Positions 10,969-20,041 of a stretch of 50,841 nt of DNA are shown here, piece after piece. The translations under genes were made by a program, and so were the position numbers. This stretch comes from Clostridiales bacterium. GTDB lineage: Bacteria; Bacillota; Clostridia; Christensenellales; SZUA-584. Under the pieces are notes generated by a model that saw only the letters and a list, made by a program, of their open reading frames with translations, made no database searches and was not told the DNA's origin. The first letter of the stretch is position 1. Every line of letters starts with the position of its first letter. The stretch covers positions 1 through 50,841 of the forward strand of contig JAJUJH010000004.1 of NCBI GenBank assembly GCA_029265435.1. Direction: 5' to 3'.

Positions 10969-12057
10969 TTAACAAACCCCGAACCTTCCGCCCGGCAAAC
11001 GTCTGATAAGGCCAGAAAGTTCCATCATTGTGAGCGCGACACCGGCCTCGTTCGGGTTCAGTCCCGAAAGCGCCGCCACGCCTTCGGCGCTCATGTCCTC
11101 ACGTTTCAGCAGTTCATAGATGCGCGCCTGCATCAGATCCATCGCCGGCAGCGCCTTTTCATCCGCACGTTTTTCTTCTTCTCCCTCTCCGTAGTACGCC
11201 GATATGTCGGCCGCGCTTGCGGCGGGAAAAGCGCCGTTTGATATCAGCGTGTTCGGCAGCTCGGCCACGCTTGACTGCGGCGTGCCGGGTACGGCGAACA
11301 CATCTCGCCCGTATTTGATGGCAAGCGACGCCGTGATGGCAGTGCCGCCCTTCATTTCCGATTCCACCACGAGCAGTCCGCGCGAAAGTCCCGCGATGAT
11401 CCGGTTGCGGACCGGAAAATTGCCCATGTACGGCTCCGAGCCTGGCGGCAGTTCGGATATGACCGCTCCGTTTTCGGCGATGCGGCTGTAAAGCTCGCCG
11501 TTTTCGGGCGGATACACCACGTCCGCGCCGCAGCCGAGCACAGCGACGGTCTTTTCGCCGGCGTCCAGCGCGCCGAGATGCGCGGCCGTATCGATGCCGC
11601 GCGCAAGGCCGGATACAACCGTCATTCCGCACAGCTCCGACGCAATGCGTCGCGTCAGCTCAAAACCGCGTCTCGTGCAGCGGCGTGTTCCCACAATGCC
11701 GATGCCGCGCTCCGTTCCGGCAAGAGTCCCCTTCACAAACAGCACGGGCGGCGGCCACGGTATGGACGCCAGCAAAGAGGGATACGCCGCGCCGAGCCTT
11801 GTCAGAGCGGTTATCCCTTTGAACGACAGCTCGCCCAGAAACTCCGCCAGACGCTGGCGCGAGCACGCCGCGCGCGCAGGCTGCACCGTTTCGGCCGGAA
11901 GCGTGTCCAAAACCGCCGAGCCTTTTTCAACGGCGTCGAAAAACGCCGCCGCGCTTCCGCAGGCCGCCAGCGCCTGATAATACGCTTTGGCGCCCAGCCC
12001 CAGCGACGCAAGCCATATCCAATATTTCTCCTCGTCCGTATAACCGTTCATGCTCAT
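10969..12057 (-). CDS. dprA: DNA-processing protein DprA (Smf)
   Basis: The ORF 10969..12231 was trimmed to ATG 12057, which overlaps the comM stop (ATGA). DprA Rossmann-like core GIVGTRRCT..G......L....GMTVVSGLARGIDTAAH is present, with a C-terminal winged-helix-like region. Confidence 0.85.
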   Translation of the reverse strand: MSMNGYTDEEKYWIWLASLGLGAKAYYQALAACGSAAAFFDAVEKGSAVLDTLPAETVQPARAACSRQRLAEFLGELSFKGITALTRLGAAYPSLLASIPWPPPVLFVKGTLAGTERGIGIVGTRRCTRRGFELTRRIASELCGMTVVSGLARGIDTAAHLGALDAGEKTVAVLGCGADVVYPPENGELYSRIAENGAVISELPPGSEPYMGNFPVRNRIIAGLSRGLLVVESEMKGGTAITASLAIKYGRDVFAVPGTPQSSVAELPNTLISNGAFPAASAADISAYYGEGEEEKRADEKALPAMDLMQARIYELLKREDMSAEGVAALSGLNPNEAGVALTMMELSGLIRRLPGGRFGVC

Positions 12058-13571
12058 CCCCAGTACCGTTCGTCCGGCGCGCGGTACTGCAGCGCCTCGG
12101 CGAGATGGTTCTCCTCGATATTCGCCGCCCCCGCAAGATCGGCAATGGTGCGCGCTACCTTGAGCACGCGCGCCCGCCCGCGCGGGCTTAAGCCGAACGC
12201 GCTGTACGCCGTTTCCATAAGCCTGCGGCACGGCGCCGACAGCGCGCAGTATGCCTCGAGCTGCTCGCCCGAAAGCGACGCGTTGCCGTATATGCCGGCG
12301 CCCTCATAGCGGCGGCGCTGCAACCGCCTTGCCGCGTTCACGCGCGCACGCACATCGCGCGAGCATTCGGCGGGCTTATCGTCCGAAAGCTCTCCGTATG
12401 TCACCGCGTCCATGCCCACATGCATGTCGATGCGGTCAAGCAGCGGACCGCTGATGCGCGACAGATACTGCCTAATTTCCCGCGGCGAACAGCGGCACGG
12501 CTTGTCGCTGCCATAGTGTCCGCACGGGCACGGGTTCATCGACGCAATCAGCATAAAGCCGGCGGGATATGTGATTTTGGCGTTGGCGCGCGCGATGCTG
12601 ATTTGTCTGTCTTCAAGCGGCTGACGCAGCGCTTCCAGCGCCTCGCGCTTGAATTCCGGAAGCTCGTCCAGAAACAGGACGCCGCCGTGGGCAAGGCTGA
12701 TTTCGCCCGGCATCACATTGTGCCCGCCTCCCGTGAGCGCCGCCGTCGAGAGCGTATGATGGGGGCTTCGGAAAGGCCTCTCCGTCGCAAGCCCGCCTGC
12801 GTTCAAACCACAAACCGATTGGATCTTGGATATTTCAAGCGCTTCTTCAAAGCATAGCTCAGGCAATATGCCGGGCAGCGCCCTTGCAAGCATTGTTTTG
12901 CCGGAACCGGGCGGCCCGATAAAAAGAAGGTTATGGCTGCCCGCCGCCGCGATTTCGAGCGCGCGGCGCGCCTGAAGCTGTCCGCGGATATGCGCCATGT
13001 CGTTTTGGCACAGCGCCGAATCGTCCGGATTGTATTTGAGCGTTTGATGCGGCTGTATCGGTTTTTCGCCCTTAAGGTGCCCGACAAGCTGCGACAGCGT
13101 TTCGACGGGATAAACGCAGAGCCCCTGAATATAGGCCGTTTCCGCCGCGTTATCGGGCGGAATGAACAGCTTTTCAAAACCGGCTTCCCGCGCGGATATC
13201 GCCATAGGCAGCGCGCCCGAAATGCCGCGCAGCCTGCCGTCCAGCGAAAGCTCGCCAAGGAATACGCTCTTTTCGTCCGGCTGGGGCGCCTGCGCGCTTG
13301 CGCACAAAAGCCCGAGCGCGATCGCAAGGTCGTAGATCGGCCCCTGTTTTTTTAAGTCGGCGGGAGCGAGATTGATGGTGATGCGCTGCTGCGGATAATT
13401 CAGCCCCGAATTTTTGATGGCCGCGCGGACGCGTTCCTTTGATTCGCGCACGGCCGCGCCGGGCAGCCCGACGGTCTCGCAAGACGGCATGCCGTAAGAA
13501 ATATCCGCTTCGACGACCACGGAAAATCCGTTGAGCCCCAGAAGGCCATAGCTTGAGATTTTGGAGAGCAA
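12054..13571 (-). CDS. comM: YifB/ComM-family Mg-chelatase-like AAA+ ATPase
   Basis: 505 aa. N-terminus MLSKISSYGLLGLNGFSVVVEADIS, Walker A GPPGSGKTM, and a C-terminal Mg_chelatase_C-like region. Confidence 0.9.
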   Translation of the reverse strand: MLSKISSYGLLGLNGFSVVVEADISYGMPSCETVGLPGAAVRESKERVRAAIKNSGLNYPQQRITINLAPADLKKQGPIYDLAIALGLLCASAQAPQPDEKSVFLGELSLDGRLRGISGALPMAISAREAGFEKLFIPPDNAAETAYIQGLCVYPVETLSQLVGHLKGEKPIQPHQTLKYNPDDSALCQNDMAHIRGQLQARRALEIAAAGSHNLLFIGPPGSGKTMLARALPGILPELCFEEALEISKIQSVCGLNAGGLATERPFRSPHHTLSTAALTGGGHNVMPGEISLAHGGVLFLDELPEFKREALEALRQPLEDRQISIARANAKITYPAGFMLIASMNPCPCGHYGSDKPCRCSPREIRQYLSRISGPLLDRIDMHVGMDAVTYGELSDDKPAECSRDVRARVNAARRLQRRRYEGAGIYGNASLSGEQLEAYCALSAPCRRLMETAYSAFGLSPRGRARVLKVARTIADLAGAANIEENHLAEALQYRAPDERYWG

Positions 13572-13596
13572 GGGATTTCTCCAATCGCTTTATTAC

Positions 13597-14094
13597 TCAG
13601 CGGGGCTTTTCGGTGAACACAAGCAGCTTGTTGCCCGCAAAGTTGACGGTAAACGAAAAGACGGTTGCGACAAGTTTTGCGACGATAGTGGGTAAACCGT
13701 ACAGATCGCCAAGAATATGCACCGAGAGCGTATTCACGCCCAGCGATACGAGATTGACGAATATGAACTTCATGAAATCGGGCGATACGAATACGGGGTG
13801 CAGCGAGCGCCCTTTGGGCAGCGTCAGATCATACCTTGAGAAGAACCTCAGCTTCATCTTGAACGTCCAGTAGCGGTTCAAAATAAAGCTGTTGATGACA
13901 CCGCACGAGTAGGAAATGATGTTGCTTATCACGAGCGGCCACCCGACGGCCTTATTGAGCAGCGTCAGCACGCCGTAATCCACAAGGAAATTGACGACGC
14001 CGACCACCATAAACTTGACAAAATGGCCGAGGTTTTTTCTGTTTTTGAGAACGAAATCTTTCAGCAAAGCAAAGCACCTCAATAAAACGGCCAT
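13597..14094 (-). CDS. GtrA-family membrane protein
   Basis: This is the C-terminal 165 codons of track ORF 13597..14730. FVKFMVVGVVNFLVDYGVLTLL and NRYWTF are GtrA hallmarks. ATG 14094 overlaps the upstream stop by 16 nt. An alternative TTG at 14067 follows GAGGTG. Confidence 0.75.
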   Translation of the reverse strand: MAVLLRCFALLKDFVLKNRKNLGHFVKFMVVGVVNFLVDYGVLTLLNKAVGWPLVISNIISYSCGVINSFILNRYWTFKMKLRFFSRYDLTLPKGRSLHPVFVSPDFMKFIFVNLVSLGVNTLSVHILGDLYGLPTIVAKLVATVFSFTVNFAGNKLLVFTEKPR

Positions 14095-15989
14095 GTCGGC
14101 AGCCAGCGCAGGAACGTATCCGAATACGCTTTGGATACCACCGTACCCGTGGTGACGGGATAGAACATCACGAACAGCACAAGGCACGCGCCGATGAATA
14201 TGAATACCGCCTTTTTGCCGTGCTTTGTCCGCTCGATCATGTATTTTGCGAGCACCGTCATCAGCAGTATCAGAAAAGGCACCGTCGCAAAATAATGGTA
14301 GATAAATGTTTCTCTTGTCACCAGTATCCACGGCAGGTACTGGGACAGCGCCGCAATCGTCAGAAAAAGCGTGCGTCTGCCGAGCCGGCCCTTGCGTATC
14401 CGAAGCACGATCAGCGCGATCACCGACGCGATCGCCCCCCACCAGATCAGCGGATTGCCCATTGTGGACATCGACGACATCGTGCCGTCCGTATACCCTT
14501 TGCCCTGGAAGAAGAACACGGGACGGATATCGAGCGGCCACGCGTACCACTGAGACGAGAACGGATGCACATGCTCCGGCTTCAGCGTGCTGTGGTAGTG
14601 AAACATATACTCCTGATTTTTCAGCACGTCCGCAAACGTATACGCGCCTTCCCCCTCCACCGTCATATACGGAATATACGACGCGATATAGATGATGAGC
14701 GGCACGACGATGAAAAACAGCACGCACCACAAAAGCGTGACGAACGTGTTTTTGACAAAGCCGCGGCTGACCGATTCCAGAAACTCCCGGCGGCCTTTAT
14801 CCATGCCCTCGGCGTCTTCGGCGGAAAGCGCAAGCCGCGCGTAAGCGTACTCGCGGTAACGCTTGAAAAGCTGCATGAACAGAATCACCGCAAGGCCCGC
14901 GCCCGCGTATATGCACAGCCATTTGGTGGCCGCGCCGAGCCCGAACGCCACGCCGCAAAGCGCCAGCGGCAGCAACGTCTTTTTGAGCGGCTGGCGGTTG
15001 AAGTTCGTCTCGGTATACATATACATGAAAAGATACATCAGCATGATGAAAAACACGCTGTAGCTGTCGATCGTGGCGATGCGCGTCTGCGTATAATGCA
15101 TGAAATCAAGCGCGAAAAGCGCCGTCGGTATAAACGCGTACAGCGTCTTATGGAACAGCTTTTTGGCAAGGTAATACATGAGCGGCAGCATGAGCACGCC
15201 GAACAGCGTCCCCATAAAGCGCCACCCCCACGGGTTCATGCCGAAAATGCGGATGCCGATGCCCAGTATGATCTTGCCGAGCGGCGGATGCGTGATCTCA
15301 TACGGCTTGATGTGGTTGATGTTCTCATAGGCCGTCCGCGCGTGATATACCTCGTCGAAATACATCTCGTTCATGTAGTAAGTGCGCTGCGGCACATACT
15401 GCTGCTCGTCGAACATGTACGACGGGGAATTGCCGCGCTCCGCATCGGGATTCGTATTCTTCACCGATTTGATGGCGACAGGCTTTCCGTCCGCGTCGCA
15501 GAACCCAAGCTCCAGCATCCGAAGCCCCGGCTCGTCCACGCTGATCGACACGTATTGGGCGGTAAAGCTCGTGTCATAAAACTCCCACTCGTACATGTTC
15601 GTGGCCTTGTGCTCCACCTTGAGCGGCTCCCGCTTCGTCTCTGTCGTCCCGTCTTCCGCCGTTTCCGTCACATCGGTCATCGCGGGCGTATAGCCCTCGC
15701 CGTCCATCGAATAGCTGAAAGAGAACGTGCCCATTCCAAGCGAGGAAAAATAGCGGATGCTCGATATATCCTCCGGCTGCTCAAACTCCACCACGATCTC
15801 GTCGCCGTCCATATTGTAGTACGTCTGCGGGATATTGGCCGAGCCCAGATTGATAAACGCAACCACCGCGTAGGCCAGCGTGACCGCCAGCATCACAAGC
15901 CAGTCCGTCCGGGTCATGCGCGTTTCTTCATGCTTGTCAAAAAGCCTTCTGCGTGCGTGCTTCTGCCATTCGTTTTTTCTGTCTCTCAT
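14079..15989 (-). CDS. GT39 (PMT-like) lipid-carrier-dependent protein/glycan glycosyltransferase with a discoidin-like insertion in loop 1
   Basis: Trimmed to ATG 15989, with AGGA 9 nt upstream and 17 nt after the previous stop. It has a polytopic GT-C topology, the loop-1 motif YFDEVYHARTA and HPPLGK. A soluble module of about 145 aa sits between TM1 and the DE motif. Confidence 0.8.
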   Translation of the reverse strand: MRDRKNEWQKHARRRLFDKHEETRMTRTDWLVMLAVTLAYAVVAFINLGSANIPQTYYNMDGDEIVVEFEQPEDISSIRYFSSLGMGTFSFSYSMDGEGYTPAMTDVTETAEDGTTETKREPLKVEHKATNMYEWEFYDTSFTAQYVSISVDEPGLRMLELGFCDADGKPVAIKSVKNTNPDAERGNSPSYMFDEQQYVPQRTYYMNEMYFDEVYHARTAYENINHIKPYEITHPPLGKIILGIGIRIFGMNPWGWRFMGTLFGVLMLPLMYYLAKKLFHKTLYAFIPTALFALDFMHYTQTRIATIDSYSVFFIMLMYLFMYMYTETNFNRQPLKKTLLPLALCGVAFGLGAATKWLCIYAGAGLAVILFMQLFKRYREYAYARLALSAEDAEGMDKGRREFLESVSRGFVKNTFVTLLWCVLFFIVVPLIIYIASYIPYMTVEGEGAYTFADVLKNQEYMFHYHSTLKPEHVHPFSSQWYAWPLDIRPVFFFQGKGYTDGTMSSMSTMGNPLIWWGAIASVIALIVLRIRKGRLGRRTLFLTIAALSQYLPWILVTRETFIYHYFATVPFLILLMTVLAKYMIERTKHGKKAVFIFIGACLVLFVMFYPVTTGTVVSKAYSDTFLRWLPTWPFY

Positions 15990-16005
15990 ATTTCTGCATC
16001 CTGTT

Positions 16006-17451
16006 TCATCCGCCATACGCGGGGCTTTTGATAAGCACCCGCCGGCTGGCAAGTTTTTTGACCGTCACCATGAAATAAGCGATATAAAGCGCCACATTGA
16101 CGCCCGAAATCAGCAGCGTCGGCAGTTCGGACGGCAGTACGGAATCCGCATAGAGCACAACCATTTGGTTGAGCAGCGCCGTCATTGAAAACGCCGCCGC
16201 AAAAAACAGCGTCGCGGCATCGCGCGAGTACACATAAGCGAATATCAGCAATATGCAGGCGGGCATGATATACCGCTCGTGCATCGCGTGGCCCAGCATA
16301 AATACGGAAATCACCACAAACCCGGCGAGGTCAAAAAGGTGCCCCTCGTCCCTTGAACGCCACTGCAGGAATACCGTCAGCGCACATATCAATACAATAA
16401 AAATGATGCCCCAAACCCGGTACGGAAGGAACCACAGCGTGGAATCGAACGATATCCAGTTGCCTCCCGTCAGCGCGAAAAAATTGAACGCGTTGATGGT
16501 GGCATACTGGTACGATTCCACCGTGCCCGCGTACTTATGCAATATCCAGTCCATGCTCTGCGCGCCCGTAAACGGCAGCACGCCCAAAGCGAACACGGAC
16601 GCGCCGATGGCCCCGCCGCCGAATATGCCGAGCAGGCCGCGCTTGAAATTGCCTTTTTTAAAAAGCGCATAGACATAATACAGCCCCACCACGGGCGCGA
16701 GTATGAGCGCCTGCGGTTTGATCAGCAGCGCGGCGGCAAAAAAAGCCGCGCCGAGCCACGGGTTGTCCTTTTTCAGCCAGCAGATGCACAATACGGCGAA
16801 CAGTGTAAAAAACGCATCCACCTGCCCCCATACGCTGCTGTTGAAGAAAAACGCGGGGTTGAACAGTACAAACGCGGCGCAAAGAAGCGCAAATGTTTTA
16901 CCGAGCTCTTTTCTGGCGGCGCGGAATACCACCGCGGCGGTCGCCACCTCCGCGATGACGGACGGCAGCTTGATGACCAGCGTGAACAAAGCGCTCGTCC
17001 AGTCGATGGAGAAAACGTCGCGCACCAGCCCCACCGCCCACAGCACATATATATAGCCCGGCGGATAGTCCACGAACAGTTCCGTGTCTGTATAAAAGCG
17101 CGCGGGGCCTTCCCCATATGCGGATAAAGCCCAGCCCTTGAAGCAGGCGATATCCGTCGCGTACCCCTCATAAACCAAAGCGGCGATAATGCGTATGGCC
17201 ACAGCGACCGCAGCCATCAGCGCAAACGCCGGCCACGGCGATTCGTCGCCGTCCGCCAGCGCCGAACGGACGTTCAGCAATACGCACGCCGCGATAAAAA
17301 TCACGGACATCACAATGGTGAGTATGGTTGCGAGCACGGTTTCCGAAGGCGTCGCGGACGACGGTTTGGCCGCGTCCTGCGCGAGCGCCGTCCCAAACGG
17401 CATCGAAGCCAGCAAAATCACAAATATGGCAAGAACAATGGCTCTTTTCAT
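16006..17451 (-). CDS. Polytopic GT-C-fold membrane glycosyltransferase (ALG6/8- or Gpi18/COG5542-like)
   Basis: 481 aa with a signal-like N-terminus and more than 10 hydrophobic segments. FVDYPPGYIYVLW and NSSVWGQVDAF resemble the first-loop motifs of GT-C enzymes. The start overlaps the yraN stop (ATGA). Confidence 0.7.
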   Translation of the reverse strand: MKRAIVLAIFVILLASMPFGTALAQDAAKPSSATPSETVLATILTIVMSVIFIAACVLLNVRSALADGDESPWPAFALMAAVAVAIRIIAALVYEGYATDIACFKGWALSAYGEGPARFYTDTELFVDYPPGYIYVLWAVGLVRDVFSIDWTSALFTLVIKLPSVIAEVATAAVVFRAARKELGKTFALLCAAFVLFNPAFFFNSSVWGQVDAFFTLFAVLCICWLKKDNPWLGAAFFAAALLIKPQALILAPVVGLYYVYALFKKGNFKRGLLGIFGGGAIGASVFALGVLPFTGAQSMDWILHKYAGTVESYQYATINAFNFFALTGGNWISFDSTLWFLPYRVWGIIFIVLICALTVFLQWRSRDEGHLFDLAGFVVISVFMLGHAMHERYIMPACILLIFAYVYSRDAATLFFAAAFSMTALLNQMVVLYADSVLPSELPTLLISGVNVALYIAYFMVTVKKLASRRVLIKSPAYGG

Positions 17452-17807
17452 CTTTCCTCTTCAGTATACTCAAAGGCGCCCTTTATTTGGTGAATTTTGT
17501 CGTTCACGATCTCTATTATATCAAATCTCATCTTTTCATCAACGCAATTTTTTGTGAACGCGTAATCGAGCGCCGCCCGGCAGATGCGCCTTTGCTTTTT
17601 CTTGCTTACAGCCTCGGCGGGCGAACCGAAACGGCTCTGGCTGCGCGTTTTTACCTCGCCGAATACCAGCGTATCGCCGTCCCTGAAAATGATATCGACT
17701 TCACCGCCGCGTATGCAGTGGTTCCTTTTGAGCACGGTGCAGCCCGTCCGCTCAAGATACGCCGCCGCAAGCGCCTCGCCGCGGTCTCCCCTCTCCCGCG
17801 TGTTCAT
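17448..17807 (-). CDS. yraN: YraN-family (UPF0102) endonuclease-like protein
   Basis: Trimmed to ATG 17807, which overlaps the rnhB stop as ATGA. The sequence is RGDRGEALAAAYLERTGCTVLKRNHCIRGGEVDIIFRDGDTLVFGEVKTR. Confidence 0.85.
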   Translation of the reverse strand: MNTRERGDRGEALAAAYLERTGCTVLKRNHCIRGGEVDIIFRDGDTLVFGEVKTRSQSRFGSPAEAVSKKKQRRICRAALDYAFTKNCVDEKMRFDIIEIVNDKIHQIKGAFEYTEEER

Positions 17808-18427
17808 CCGATCAGCTTCTTTAAAAACGACATGCGGTGAATCTCGCATGCGCCGAGTTCCCTTATGGAATCGAAGTGCCGTTTTGTGCCGTACCCTTTA
17901 TGCATCTCAAAGCCGTAGCCGGGATACCGCCTGCCGTAATCGCGCATGATGCGGTCCCGCGTGACTTTGGCGATGATGGACGCCGCCGCGATGCTGTAGC
18001 ACAGCGCATCGCCGTGCGTGATTTCTTCATACGGGCAGTCCGTCTCGATTCCGCCGATCCGGTCGGAAAATACGAAATCGGGTTTTACCGGCAGCCCTTC
18101 TATCGCCTGCGCGAACGCGCGTCTGGCCGCGTTCAGTATATTGATCTCGTCGATAAGGCTGCTTTCCGCAATACCGACGGCAAAACAGACCGCCTGCGCG
18201 GTCAACTGCTCATAAAGCGCCTCGCGTTTTTTTTCGCTGAGTTTTTTGGAGTCGTTGACGCCCTCGATCAGACAGCCGCGCGGCATGATGACCGCCGCCG
18301 CCACACACGGCCCCGCAAGCGGCCCGCGCCCCGCTTCGTCGATCCCCGCAACAAGCTTTCCCGCGTCCCAGAACGGCTTTTCAAAGCGGCTCATTTCCTT
18401 GAGCCTTATCAGTTCTTCATCGTTCAT
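17804..18427 (-). CDS. rnhB: Ribonuclease HII
   Basis: GIDEAGRGPLAGPCVAAAVIMP and DSKKL motifs are present. The start is set at MNDEELIRLKEM (18427); the alternative MSRFEKPFW start is at 18394. Confidence 0.88.
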   Translation of the reverse strand: MNDEELIRLKEMSRFEKPFWDAGKLVAGIDEAGRGPLAGPCVAAAVIMPRGCLIEGVNDSKKLSEKKREALYEQLTAQAVCFAVGIAESSLIDEINILNAARRAFAQAIEGLPVKPDFVFSDRIGGIETDCPYEEITHGDALCYSIAAASIIAKVTRDRIMRDYGRRYPGYGFEMHKGYGTKRHFDSIRELGACEIHRMSFLKKLIG

Positions 18428-19265
18428 CGTCCTCAAACCGCTCGAGCGTAATGCGCCCGAGGCGTCCTCCCCTGAATTCGTCCAGCAGTATTCTCGCGCC
18501 GCGGTCAAGATCCGCTTCGCCCTGCCTCAGCAGAAAACCGCGTTTACGGCATACGGCCTCCAGCACCTCGTGCGCCGCGCCCTCCTCCGCCGCGCCGTAC
18601 CTCGCAGCCAACGCGCCGGGCTTTGCGTCGCGCAGCATATCGATAAGCGCCAGCGCCAGCGCCGTTTCGTCGAGTATCTCCCGTTTTAGGCTGCCGATCG
18701 CCGCGATCTTTGCGGCAGCCTCCTGCGATTCGATTTTGGGCCAGAGAAGCCCCGGCGAATCCAGAAGCTCCAGATTGTCCGACAGCTTCACCCATTGAAG
18801 CCCCCGCGTCACGCCCGGCTTATCGCCCTCCTTGGCGCTCCTGCGCCCCGCAAGGCGGTTGATGATCGCCGATTTTCCCGCGTTGGGCACGCCCGCCACC
18901 AGCACACGGACCGTCTTTTTCACGCCTTTTTGCGCGTACCGCTCGATAACGGGCGCGGCGGCCCGGTTCACGGCGGAAAGGAGCGCGCCTTTGGGGTCGC
19001 GCATGGCGTTGAAGGAAACCGCGTTTCCGAACTTTTTTCCGTAATAGTCCGTCCAAAGCTTCGTCTGCCGCTCGTCCGCGAGATCGCTTTTGTTGAGCAC
19101 GATCACGCACGCCTTGCCCGACAGCAGCGTCAGCAAATCATCGCTGAGCGTGCTTTTGGGCGCGCGCGCGTCCACAGCGATGACCGCAACGTTGATAAGC
19201 TTCAGTTTTTCGGCGATCTGACGCCGCGATTTGGCCATATGGCCCGGGTACCACTGTATATCCAT
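18417..19265 (-). CDS. rbgA: Ribosome biogenesis GTPase A (YlqF/RbgA)
   Basis: MDIQWYPGHMAKSRRQI is the typical YlqF N-terminus. It is a circularly permuted GTPase with NKSDL preceding GVPNAGKS. Confidence 0.92.
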   Translation of the reverse strand: MDIQWYPGHMAKSRRQIAEKLKLINVAVIAVDARAPKSTLSDDLLTLLSGKACVIVLNKSDLADERQTKLWTDYYGKKFGNAVSFNAMRDPKGALLSAVNRAAAPVIERYAQKGVKKTVRVLVAGVPNAGKSAIINRLAGRRSAKEGDKPGVTRGLQWVKLSDNLELLDSPGLLWPKIESQEAAAKIAAIGSLKREILDETALALALIDMLRDAKPGALAARYGAAEEGAAHEVLEAVCRKRGFLLRQGEADLDRGARILLDEFRGGRLGRITLERFEDDER

Positions 19266-19303
19266 GTTTTATCCGTACGCTTTTCTTTCCGTATGCTTGT
19301 AAG

Positions 19304-19331
19304 AGTATATCACAAATCTCTTCCTTTTCAA
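19304..19331 (-). promoter_or_regulatory. Sigma-A-type promoter for the ylqF operon (TTGAAA-16-TGaTATACT)
   Basis: Minus-strand reading gives -35 TTGAAA (19331-19326) and an extended -10 TGATATACT ending at 19304. It lies about 40 nt upstream of the ylqF ATG. Confidence 0.45.
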
Positions 19332-19382
19332 AAAGAATAAAGCCTGCAAAAACGGAACACCCGGATATTTTTGCGGCAAAAC

Positions 19383-19405
19383 AAAAAAGAGCCGTAATCC
19401 GGCTC
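19383..19405 (-). terminator. Intrinsic terminator after rplS
   Basis: The minus-strand RNA forms GAGCCG-GAUUA-CGGCUC followed by UUUUUUG, starting 8 nt after the rplS stop. Confidence 0.8.
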
Positions 19406-19412
19406 CCTTGTT

Positions 19413-19760
19413 TCAAGCTTTTGCGTCCTTGAGTTTTGCGGCCTTGCCCGCCCGCTCGCGCAGGAAGTAAAGCTTCGACCGTCTGACCTTGCTGTGGCGC
19501 ACCACTTCGATTTCCGCGATCTTCGGCGAATGGAGCGGGAACGTCCTTTCCACGCCGATTCCGAAAGACACGCGGCGAACGGTGATTGTCTCCTTGAGGC
19601 CGCCGCCTTTTCTGGCGATCACATATCCCTCGAAAGCCTGAAGGCGCTCTCTTGTGCCTTCAATAACCTTAACGGACACCCTGACGACGTCGCCGATTTT
19701 GATCTCAGGAAGATCGGTGCGCATCTGTTCCTGTTCAATGGCTTTAATGATCTGGCTCAT
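19413..19760 (-). CDS. rplS: 50S ribosomal protein L19
   Basis: 115 aa: [50 protein letters not shown], a canonical L19 sequence. Confidence 0.97.
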   Translation of the reverse strand: MSQIIKAIEQEQMRTDLPEIKIGDVVRVSVKVIEGTRERLQAFEGYVIARKGGGLKETITVRRVSFGIGVERTFPLHSPKIAEIEVVRHSKVRRSKLYFLRERAGKAAKLKDAKA

Positions 19761-19841
19761 GCTGATTCCTCCTCCCAGTATAGGCGTTCTTAACCGGCTT
19801 ACAAAAATGCGGACAGCGGACCGCCCTCAATCAACCATGCG

Positions 19842-19871
19842 ATTATAGCACAGCTTCACACGCTCTGACAA
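19842..19871 (-). promoter_or_regulatory. Sigma-A-type promoter for rplS (TTGTCA-18-TGCTATAAT)
   Basis: Minus-strand reading gives -35 TTGTCA (19871-19866) and an extended -10 TGCTATAAT with the hexamer at 19847-19842. The resulting 5' UTR is about 75 nt. Confidence 0.5.
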
Positions 19872-19984
19872 GACAAAAGTTCAAAGAAAACCGGCAAATC
19901 GCCTTAAAAATGCCGTTTATTGCGTCAATGAACCGAAACCCGGCGAAAAACCCGGCCTTTCTTTTCGCTTTTCGTATTTTTTCC

Positions 19985-20014
19985 TTGACGAAACGAAACG
20001 TCTTTGCATATAAT
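19985..20014 (+). promoter_or_regulatory. Sigma-A-type promoter of the aromatic amino acid operon (TTGACG-18-TATAAT)
   Basis: TTGACG at 19985-19990 and TATAAT at 20009-20014. The leader to the aroF ATG is about 260 nt. Confidence 0.55.
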
Positions 20015-20041
20015 AAGGCAAACCTTTTTTATGGAGCAGAC

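Noticed and set aside
10969-12231. N-terminally extended versions of several track ORFs (dprA 12231, SBP 5079, permeases 3523 and 33220, msmX 30361, rnhB 18508, yraN 17849, aroF 20222, tyrA 20932, aroC 24408, aroQ 27936, gerAC 47263, kinase 39800, desulfurase 44521)
   Set aside because: In each case an internal ATG gives the canonical family N-terminus or signal peptide. That ATG has an SD and/or forms an ATGA or short overlap with the preceding gene. The extensions overlap upstream genes and are Arg/Gly-rich.
13597-14730. 377-aa ORF in the track spanning the GtrA gene and the 3' part of the GT39 gene
   Set aside because: Only the last 165 codons look like a real protein (GtrA motifs and hydrophobic helices). 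The upstream 212 codons are an Arg/Gly/Ala/Val-rich read-through in an alternative frame of the well-supported GT39 gene.
14220-16031. Long antisense ORFs opposite well-supported genes. Examples: 14220-16031 (+), 9087-10136 (-), 20138-21256 (-), 20701-21726 (-), 21936-23159 (-), 23860-24471 (-), 27055-27957 (-), 40249-41064 (-), 41707-42531 (-), 43232-44650 (+), 48446-49237 (-), 6412-7014 (-), 33468-34394 (+)
   Set aside because: Their translations are Arg/His/Ala/Gly-rich low-complexity strings with no recognisable motifs. Each lies entirely opposite a gene with clear family signatures. These are the shadow ORFs expected in GC-rich DNA.
19761-19835. L19 ribosomal-protein leader / autoregulatory structure upstream of rplS
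   Set aside because: The 5' UTR of about 75 nt contains only a weak 4-bp GC hairpin (GCGG-N8-CCGC) followed by AUUUUUG. I cannot match it to the L19 leader from memory, so no call is made.
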